From: Candidatus Roizmanbacteria bacterium RIFCSPHIGHO2_02_FULL_40_13b
GTDB taxonomy: Bacteria > Patescibacteriota > Microgenomatia > UBA1406 > HO2-37-13b
Length of the DNA: 64,000 nt
Assembly: GCA_001789445.1 (NCBI GenBank)
Contig: MFZQ01000014.1
Location: 11,557 to 75,556 of the forward strand
Reading direction: 5' to 3'
Below the pieces are notes generated by a model. The model did no database searches, was not told the DNA's origin, and saw nothing but the letters and a program-made list of their open reading frames with translations. Below are positions 58,002-64,000 of the stretch, one piece after another. Numbering within the stretch: position 1 is the stretch's first letter; every line of letters begins with the position of its first letter. The translations under genes were made by a program, and so were the position numbers.

Positions 58002-59439
58002 AATATGAACGCAACAATTTTATGGAGTCAACTAACTTAGTATTAAAATCTTTTCCTCTGTTCGACGGATAATGAATACAGTTTCTTATGTATGTTGGCA
58101 GAGTTATCTTCTTATCTCCTTTTTTTAATGGGTACTCTTGTTCGAGTTTTTTTACCTGCACAAAATAACCATTATCAAATTCTTTTATCCCAACAGCGTC
58201 TTTATTATTTTCATCGCCATAAACCGCTCTGAGATGATCGTATAATTCGTTATGATAATCAGTGCTAGAAATTTCAAAAACATCGTACGTCACACTTGCA
58301 TATGTTGATGCTTTTTTTTCAAATTGTTTTTTTTCTGTTTTTTCTTTCTTTGTTTCCTTGTTAGGATTTTTAAATATTTTGTAGTTTCTGCTTAAGTCGT
58401 CCTTATCTATCATGTAGTTAGAATGTGTAGCAAAAAAAACAATATTATTTCTTCCACTCCGAGTAATCTTCACCAACTCTTTTAACAAGTCTTCTTGAGC
58501 TTGCGGATGAAGATGGGTTTCTGGTTCATCGAGTAACAAGATTGAGTTAGAGAGTTCGTTGTTTCTATTTTGCGCAGATACTGTTAAAAGAAAAGACACG
58601 AACTGCTTAAATCCATCGCTTCTCTGATCAGCAGTTTTTGCCTTTCCTTTCGTACCGATATCGTGTACATGAAAATTTATTAAACCATCTGATATGTCAA
58701 ATGTTACTTTGATCGGGTGTTTCGGCCAGGCTGTATTAATATGTTCGCTTACTTTATCACTCAGTTCAGTTTTCAACTGTTCGCGCTCGGTAGATTCTTT
58801 AGCTAGGTCTACTCTTGCCTTAATGGCATCCTGCCCAATAATCCCAGCAAGTGCAAAACAATTTTTTAATGGCACTGAGATATCATCTGGTGTACTTGCA
58901 AATTGATCTAAATCTATTGGTTGGGAAATTAAATATCGATCCTCAGCTGTCCAAAAAATAGTTTTATGGGCTTTGTTTAAAATTGATTCCTTTATAAGCT
59001 CTTGAGCTGCAGATTTATTTTCATAATCATCCGTAATATTAATAATTTCTAATTTAATTTCAGACTGGCTTGGATTTGCATAATTAAAACCAATAACAAG
59101 TTTGATGTCTTTTATGTCAACGTCTTTTGTATCTATTGGTGTTTCTTGGGATTTTAAAAGCTCTTTATATTGATTTGCTTCATCCTCTTCTAAAGAGTAT
59201 GAATATTCAATCTCTATTGACTTCAATCTATCTTTAAAATCGTTCTTTAGTGGTAAAGGATTACCTTTTTCATCTTTAAGACCATCTTTTAATGCCAATG
59301 CTTTTAGAATGGTTGACTTGCCCGCCTCATTGACACCGATCAAACCATAAGTAAAAGTATTATCACTAAGAGGTATAATATCAAAAGATATTTCTTCTAT
59401 ACTTCTGTAATTCTTTATTTGTATTGACTTTAATATCAT
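57991..59439 (-). CDS. ABC/SMC-like AAA ATPase (AAA_21/OLD-PrrC-like N-domain) with an uncharacterised C-terminal domain, inserted between hsdM and hsdS
   Basis: Walker A GVNEAGKST, Walker B/D-loop LLLDEPETHLHP, H-loop FFATHS. The ~130 aa C-terminus has RNCIHYPSN and YDHLRAVYGDE. Confidence 0.7.
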   Translation of the reverse strand: MILKSIQIKNYRSIEEISFDIIPLSDNTFTYGLIGVNEAGKSTILKALALKDGLKDEKGNPLPLKNDFKDRLKSIEIEYSYSLEEDEANQYKELLKSQETPIDTKDVDIKDIKLVIGFNYANPSQSEIKLEIINITDDYENKSAAQELIKESILNKAHKTIFWTAEDRYLISQPIDLDQFASTPDDISVPLKNCFALAGIIGQDAIKARVDLAKESTEREQLKTELSDKVSEHINTAWPKHPIKVTFDISDGLINFHVHDIGTKGKAKTADQRSDGFKQFVSFLLTVSAQNRNNELSNSILLLDEPETHLHPQAQEDLLKELVKITRSGRNNIVFFATHSNYMIDKDDLSRNYKIFKNPNKETKKEKTEKKQFEKKASTYASVTYDVFEISSTDYHNELYDHLRAVYGDENNKDAVGIKEFDNGYFVQVKKLEQEYPLKKGDKKITLPTYIRNCIHYPSNRGKDFNTKLVDSIKLLRSYYEK

Positions 59440-59442
59440 ATT

Positions 59443-60894
59443 TTATAAATATTTACTGATGCTATTTAATATCTGTCCACTTTTCTGATCCAAGCTTCTC
59501 ATTTCTTCCAAAATCTCCTTTGGATTGCGTAATGGTGCCGAGCCAATTTTGTTTGGATTTTTTACCGATAAGTCAAATGTTTTTTGATCGATATTTTTAA
59601 CATCAATGCTCCACGAGTTTTCGCTATCTGCTTTTGTTTTTTGTAGTTCGACAAATTCTGCCAAGTCCGCTTCGCTTAATGGGTTGCCCTTACCGAGGTT
59701 GCGGGTGAGGTTGAGTTGGTAAAACCAAACTTTTTTTGTTGATGCGCCTTTTTCAAAAAATAATACAACGGTTTTAACCCCTGCTCCGGCAAATACACCA
59801 CCTGGGAGATCAAGCACTGTGTGTAGATTGCAACTTTCTAGAAGAAGTTTCCGCAGCGAAACAGAGGCATTGTCGGTATTAGAAAGAAACGTATTTTTGA
59901 TAACAATACCAGCCTTACCACCTGCTTTTAGAATTTTGATGAAGTGTTGAAGAAAAAGAAACGCTGTTTCGCCTGTTTTAATTGGGAAGTTTTGTTGAAT
60001 TTCTCGTCCAATTCCAGCGCCGAAAGGTGGATTGGCCAAGACTATGTCATATCGATCTTTTTCTTGAATATCATTGATATTTTCAGCCAATGTATTCATG
60101 TGCCGAATATTTGGCGCTTCAATACCGTGCAAAATCATATTCATAATGCCTATGATATATGCGAGTGATTTTATTTCTTTACCATAGAAAGTTTTGTTTT
60201 GCAGTATTGATATCTGACTTGATGAAAGCTTTGACTGATTTTGAGTGAGGTAGTTAAATGATTCAACCAAAAAGCCTGCACTTCCACACGCTCCATCGTA
60301 AATTGTCTCACTAATTTTCGGCGCAACTACTTTTACAATCGTTTTAATAAGTGGACGTGGTGTGTAATACTCGCCACCATTTCGGCCCGCGTTGCCCATG
60401 TTTTTTATTTTGGCTTCGTAAAGATGTGAAAGTTCGTGTTTCTCTTCATATAGTCGGAAGTGCATGCCGTCAACGATATTTAAAATCTCCCGCAATTTAT
60501 ACCCACTGGAAATTTTATTTTTGAGTTCATGAAAAATTTCGCCAATCTTATATTCAATTGTATTTGGATCTTCCGCTCTAAATTTCTTGAGATATGGAAA
60601 CAGATTATTATTTACAAAATCTTTTAGATCGTCACCATCAAGCGCTTTATTATGATCGAGTTTGCCTTCGTCGTTCTTTGGACACGCCCATATATTCCAC
60701 TGGTATTCCGGAGACAAAATATATTTATATTCCTTCCCAGCTAGTGCCGCTTCCGTTCGTTTTGTTTCCTCCAGACCATCAAGATATTTCAAAAAGAGAA
60801 CCCATGAAGTTTGTTCCACATAATCAAGCTCTGTTCCACAACCGGAATCGGTATGAAGAATATTGTCAATGTTTTTGAATGATTGCTCGAACAT
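59443..60894 (-). CDS. hsdM: Type I R-M N6-adenine DNA methyltransferase HsdM
   Basis: VLANPPFG catalytic motif, an AdoMet-binding motif, and a typical HsdM N-domain. Confidence 0.9.
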   Translation of the reverse strand: MFEQSFKNIDNILHTDSGCGTELDYVEQTSWVLFLKYLDGLEETKRTEAALAGKEYKYILSPEYQWNIWACPKNDEGKLDHNKALDGDDLKDFVNNNLFPYLKKFRAEDPNTIEYKIGEIFHELKNKISSGYKLREILNIVDGMHFRLYEEKHELSHLYEAKIKNMGNAGRNGGEYYTPRPLIKTIVKVVAPKISETIYDGACGSAGFLVESFNYLTQNQSKLSSSQISILQNKTFYGKEIKSLAYIIGIMNMILHGIEAPNIRHMNTLAENINDIQEKDRYDIVLANPPFGAGIGREIQQNFPIKTGETAFLFLQHFIKILKAGGKAGIVIKNTFLSNTDNASVSLRKLLLESCNLHTVLDLPGGVFAGAGVKTVVLFFEKGASTKKVWFYQLNLTRNLGKGNPLSEADLAEFVELQKTKADSENSWSIDVKNIDQKTFDLSVKNPNKIGSAPLRNPKEILEEMRSLDQKSGQILNSISKYL

Positions 60895-60936
60895 AGGTTA
60901 GTTTCTAAATATGGCTCCATTCTACCACTCCATAGC

Positions 60937-61191
60937 CTATTTATACACTCCTTGTCTGTGGCCGATTTTGATAACTAAAATAAGCAATTGATGTTGATAA
61001 ATTTGATAGATGATTCGGTAAGGCCACATACGAAAACTATATGATCCTTTATATTCTCCTTCTAATTTTTTACCAATAAGTGGATTTATCGATAATGAAA
61101 TGAATGCGGAAAGAATTCTGTTGTATTCTTTTTTTGGAATTTTTTTAAGTTTTTTTTCGACTGTTGGTTTTAGTTTTACTTGGTATGCCAT
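60937..61191 (-). CDS. Type II toxin, RelE/ParE family
   Basis: 84 aa; YRIIYQI...IGHRQGVYK is RelE-like. Confidence 0.7.
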   Translation of the reverse strand: MAYQVKLKPTVEKKLKKIPKKEYNRILSAFISLSINPLIGKKLEGEYKGSYSFRMWPYRIIYQIYQHQLLILVIKIGHRQGVYK

Positions 61192-61504
61192 ATTTCTTTG
61201 CGACTTTATCAGAAACTAAAAAGCCCTCTTGTTTCAGTAGGGCATCTAGTGTGACCCAATTTTTATACTCTCCTGATTCAAACGCTTTATGTGCTTCTTC
61301 AATATCTTTTGAAAGATCAGGAAATTGTTCCATTACCTCGAATGTCTCTTGCCATGATTCAAACTCTTCAGCTGATATAAGTACCGCTTTGGGCCGACCT
61401 TTTTCAGTAAAAGTATAGTGCACTCCCGGCTGTTGTACCGCTTCGGCAATATCAAAAATATTCTTTCGCGCTTCTGTTATTGGAATAGTTGTTTTTGTGT
61501 TCAT
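61145..61504 (-). CDS. Type II antitoxin, Phd/YefM family
   Basis: IPITEARKNIFDIAE...PKAVLISAEEFESWQETFEVM. Its 3' end overlaps the toxin gene by 47 nt. Confidence 0.6.
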   Translation of the reverse strand: MNTKTTIPITEARKNIFDIAEAVQQPGVHYTFTEKGRPKAVLISAEEFESWQETFEVMEQFPDLSKDIEEAHKAFESGEYKNWVTLDALLKQEGFLVSDKVAKKYGIPSKTKTNSRKKT

Positions 61505-61551
61505 AGTATTACGTACATAATAACGTACGCTTCCTATTTTGTCAAGAGCTA

Positions 61552-62217
61552 TTATATTTGTCCTTTTTCTTTAAATGAAACGTATTTCGATGAACTCACA
61601 ATAATATGATCTGCCATTTCTATTCCCAGTATTTTCCCAGCTTCAATAATTCGTTTTGTAACAAGTTCATCATCATGTGAAGGTTCGGGATCACCTGATG
61701 GATGATTGTGGACGATAATAATACTTGCCGCATTATGCTTTAATGCCGGCGCAAATACATCGCGCGGGTGAACAATACTAGCATTAAGCGTACCGATTGA
61801 AATTGTTTCCGTCGTGATAAGTTGATTGCGCGCATCAAGGTAAAGTGCTACAAAATGTTCTTTCTTTTTATGACGAATGTCGCCTACTACTTTAATAACA
61901 TCGCCAGGTGTTGTAATTTTAATTGACGGATCATTTTTAAAAATACGCTTAGCGATTTCAAGAGATGCGGAAATAATAGATGCACGTGAAGTTCCAACAC
62001 CTTTTAATTTAGCGATTTCTTTTGGGTCCATTGCGGCTATATCCATAAAAGACAACGTTTTTAGAATTCGCTTAGCAACGCTTATTACATTTTGACCTTT
62101 ATAACCAGTGCGAAGTAATATTGCGAGCAGTTCAAAATCATGCAATGCACGGGGTCCTTTTTCAAAGAGTTTTTCACGAGGTTGACTTGAATGGGGCAGG
62201 TCCTTGATGCTAGCCAT
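61552..62217 (-). CDS. radC: RadC-like JAB/MPN domain protein (UPF0758)
   Basis: An HhH-like N-domain and the JAMM motif HNHPSGDPEPS. Confidence 0.8.
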   Translation of the reverse strand: MASIKDLPHSSQPREKLFEKGPRALHDFELLAILLRTGYKGQNVISVAKRILKTLSFMDIAAMDPKEIAKLKGVGTSRASIISASLEIAKRIFKNDPSIKITTPGDVIKVVGDIRHKKKEHFVALYLDARNQLITTETISIGTLNASIVHPRDVFAPALKHNAASIIIVHNHPSGDPEPSHDDELVTKRIIEAGKILGIEMADHIIVSSSKYVSFKEKGQI

Positions 62218-62260
62218 GCTCTATTCTACCACTCGTCCTTCCCAAATGCGCTGGGATGTG

Positions 62261-62389
62261 CGTGGATCCCGAAACGAGTTCGGGATGACGGCGGGCAAGG
62301 CACGTTCAGGATGACCCCACTTCGTCACGTTCATGTAAACCGAACGTGACTACGAGGGGCAAGCAGAGGGTGGGATCAGGATGACAGAG
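62261..62389. repeat. Cluster of three GC-rich repeat units with core TTC(A/G)GGATGAC, plus two perfect hairpins
   Basis: AGTTCGGGATGACGG (62277), CGTTCAGGATGACC (62304), GATCAGGATGACAGAG (62374). Hairpins ATCCCGAAacgagTTCGGGAT and GTCACGTTCatgtaaaccGAACGTGAC. Confidence 0.55.
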
Positions 62390-63206
62390 AGGGCTTAAGT
62401 TTCTTGATGGATGGATTTCCCAGGAGTGATTTCATTTGTGAAATTGCACTCTGATTGAGCTGAATTAATCTTTCGGGCTGAGAAATTCCTTTTTTAATGA
62501 GTTCTGCGTTTATTCCTTCCAGATTTGCGAGTACTACCAGTTTTGTTACATCTTCATAATCGCGAATATTTCCATCTTTTTTAGGATTTTGATCTCGCCA
62601 ATCCTTAGCAGTCCTACCAAATAACGCACTATTTAATACATCGGCTTCTGTTGCATAGACGACAGTGATAGATTGTTTCGAAATGTTTGGTGGGATCAAG
62701 TGTATCATAATCGCATCGGTATGGATTCGATAATTAATTTTAGTGAGCTGTCTTTTTATATCCCAACCCAAAGCCAATCGTTCATTTTCTTCTGATTTAA
62801 GTCGTTGAAATTCCTTGATTAAATACAACTTAAATTCTGGGCTAATCCAACTGGCAAATTCAAAGGCAATGTCGCGGTGCGCAAAAGTACCTCCATATCT
62901 ACCAGCCGACGACCGAATACCTATCGCATTTGTTTTTTTAATCCACTTTGAAGATGATACTATAAAGCCATTTGAGCCGGCTTCGTTTTTAATGTTATTG
63001 AATTCCATAACATTAAAATTTGGATTATGCACCTGTTCCCAAGTGCCCATAAATTGAATTGTATACTTCGTAGATAGCCAATTCACAATTACTATACCCG
63101 TTGCTTCACGATCTTTGAATTTGGCCATATCAGTCAAAGAAATATATTCTTCCTCATTGTCTTTCACGACTGCTATTTGTAGACCTTGAGCAATAATTTT
63201 TTTCAC
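62376..63206 (-). CDS. KilA-N domain protein (phage/virus-type DNA-binding)
   Basis: N-terminus ISLTDMAKF and GGTFAHRDIAFEFASWISPEFKLYLIKEF, which is the KilA-N/APSES-like signature. Confidence 0.6.
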   Translation of the reverse strand: MKKIIAQGLQIAVVKDNEEEYISLTDMAKFKDREATGIVIVNWLSTKYTIQFMGTWEQVHNPNFNVMEFNNIKNEAGSNGFIVSSSKWIKKTNAIGIRSSAGRYGGTFAHRDIAFEFASWISPEFKLYLIKEFQRLKSEENERLALGWDIKRQLTKINYRIHTDAIMIHLIPPNISKQSITVVYATEADVLNSALFGRTAKDWRDQNPKKDGNIRDYEDVTKLVVLANLEGINAELIKKGISQPERLIQLNQSAISQMKSLLGNPSIKKLKPSLSS

Positions 63207-63334
63207 GACATTATTCTACCACGTTTAGACTCTGTAAATGGGCTGGAATGAGGGGAACACCTTTCACTTTACAACCTAAAAAGTGTTTTAAATTAAGGTA
63301 GCTTTCATGTATAATAGCCCTTACTAAAGCAATA

Positions 63335-63406
63335 TCCCCTGTAGCTCAACGGTAGAGCAGGATCCTGTTAAGATCAAGGTTCGTGGTTCGAATCCACGCG
63401 GGGGAG
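63335..63406 (+). tRNA. tRNA-Asn (anticodon GTT)
   Basis: Acceptor TCCCCTG/CGGGGGA, D-arm GCTC-AACGGTA-GAGC, anticodon loop CTGTTAA, T-arm CGTGG-TTCGAAT-CCACG. Closely matches E. coli tRNA-Asn. Confidence 0.85.
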
Positions 63407-63928
63407 CCTAGATGGATGAGTGTTCAATTCCACAAGGTATGAAAAGGGGAATCTGTGCTCTACAACAACCTCTTTGTTAGTCAAAAAAAGGTTCGAAGAT
63501 ACCTTCCTCAAAAAAAGATATTGTGGTAGCTCTTTTGCCTTCAAAAAATACTTTTCAGCGTTCTGACAGAGCAAAAAGAAGTTCGAAGCTTTTTTCTGCC
63601 AATCAAGGCTATTTTTTTCCAGCTTATTTTGTGTCCCCAAAAGCTGAATCCTGTCATTTTCTTTTTTCTGTTTGTATTCCTCATATACTTCATCAGGACT
63701 CTTGTCCCCTATGGCTGTTATTTTCCCAGCAATCCGCATCTCAAAGAGATTCTTTAGCTCGGTATCAATTTGACCAATACGTTTACTTATATTGACCAAT
63801 AATTTATTCTGATCCTCCTTCAATGCAGAATACTCCCGATCCATCTCCTCAAGTAGAAATTCAGAAAGATCCATGCCTATGTCGATAGGTGCAACTACCT
63901 TGTCAGCAAACTCCTGTACAAGGTCCAA
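63374..63928 (-). CDS. Hypothetical coiled-coil protein; the 3' end of the ORF runs antisense through tRNA-Asn
   Basis: ORF only. The last ~11 codons are the reverse complement of the tRNA, so the real stop and extent are doubtful. Confidence 0.2.
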   Translation of the reverse strand: MDLVQEFADKVVAPIDIGMDLSEFLLEEMDREYSALKEDQNKLLVNISKRIGQIDTELKNLFEMRIAGKITAIGDKSPDEVYEEYKQKKENDRIQLLGTQNKLEKNSLDWQKKASNFFLLCQNAEKYFLKAKELPQYLFLRKVSSNLFLTNKEVVVEHRFPFSYLVELNTHPSRLPRVDSNHEP

Positions 63929-64000
63929 TCGATTGATGCTAGGCTGTGTGCAAGTGTGGCGACCTCGTGATTTTGTGCAATGATAGAGGCAATGTTCAGT

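Noticed and set aside
63374-63406. Protein-coding reading of the tRNA-Asn region on the minus strand (…PRVDSNHEP)
   Set aside because: These residues are simply the reverse complement of the tRNA. The tRNA cloverleaf is much the stronger call.
1-64000. Alternative genetic code (UGA recoding as in some CPR lineages)
   Set aside because: All long housekeeping genes (dnaK, pnp, ftsK, copA, hsdR) are intact under the standard code, and TGA functions as the stop of rpsT.
1-64000. CRISPR array or cas genes
   Set aside because: No regularly spaced direct repeats were seen in any intergenic region, and no Cas-like proteins are among the ORFs.

Overview
This is a 64 kb, gene-dense, AT-rich window (about 35% GC by eye), with a local GC-rich exception at roughly 4720-5710. 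The gene content looks like a streamlined bacterium, possibly Patescibacteria/CPR-like. That guess rests on an archaeal-type PyrH, a short HrcA, a DnaJ without a zinc finger, an AMP/thymidine phosphorylase homolog, helicase-nuclease fusions, a pilus-like cluster and very short intergenic regions. It is inference only. Standard genetic code: long housekeeping ORFs are intact and TGA is used as a stop.

The first ~42 kb is mostly housekeeping:
- pyrH, recF, tRNA-Ser(CGA), a P2-type cation ATPase
- dnaG-rpoD, and two UvrD-family helicases, one fused to a Cas4/RecB-like Fe-S nuclease
- a GH100-like glycosidase, a FemAB peptidyltransferase, tpiA, an LCP protein
- rpsT followed by pilN/pilO-like genes
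- murJ, an AMP/thymidine phosphorylase, mltG, ftsK, a Nudix hydrolase
- rpsO-pnp, then hrcA-grpE-dnaK-dnaJ with a degenerate CIRCE
- efp, an MscS-like channel, a MutY-like glycosylase, an SNase, typA, and a ZIP transporter

Two accessory regions follow:
1. A copper homeostasis cluster at 43195-48014: copZ, a permease-cupredoxin fusion, copA, a cupredoxin-like protein, a DUF305 protein, a small membrane protein, csoR, and a 21 bp palindromic operator.
2. A co-directional minus-strand array at 50450-60894:
   - a type I R-M operon (hsdM, hsdS, hsdR) with three inserted genes: an ABC/AAA-type ATPase, a small basic protein and a putative HEPN-like protein
   - then a membrane protein with two tandem FtsK-gamma domains, a secreted Cys-rich peptide, a DEDD exonuclease and a ParB/Srx-like protein

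This array is followed by a RelE/Phd pair, radC, a KilA-N protein and tRNA-Asn(GTT). A second RelE/YefM pair lies at 42099-42622.

Non-coding highlights:
- two copies of a polypurine/polypyrimidine hairpin element placed just before TATAAT boxes (upstream of murJ and of the ZIP transporter)
- a family of GC-rich intergenic repeats with the core TTC(A/G)GGATGAC
- a 36 bp perfect palindrome in the ftsK/nudix divergent region
- a consensus TTGACA-17-TATAAT promoter sitting in front of a roughly 1 kb GC-rich island that carries an SLT-domain lytic transglycosylase

No CRISPR array, cas genes, rRNA genes or transposases were recognised.
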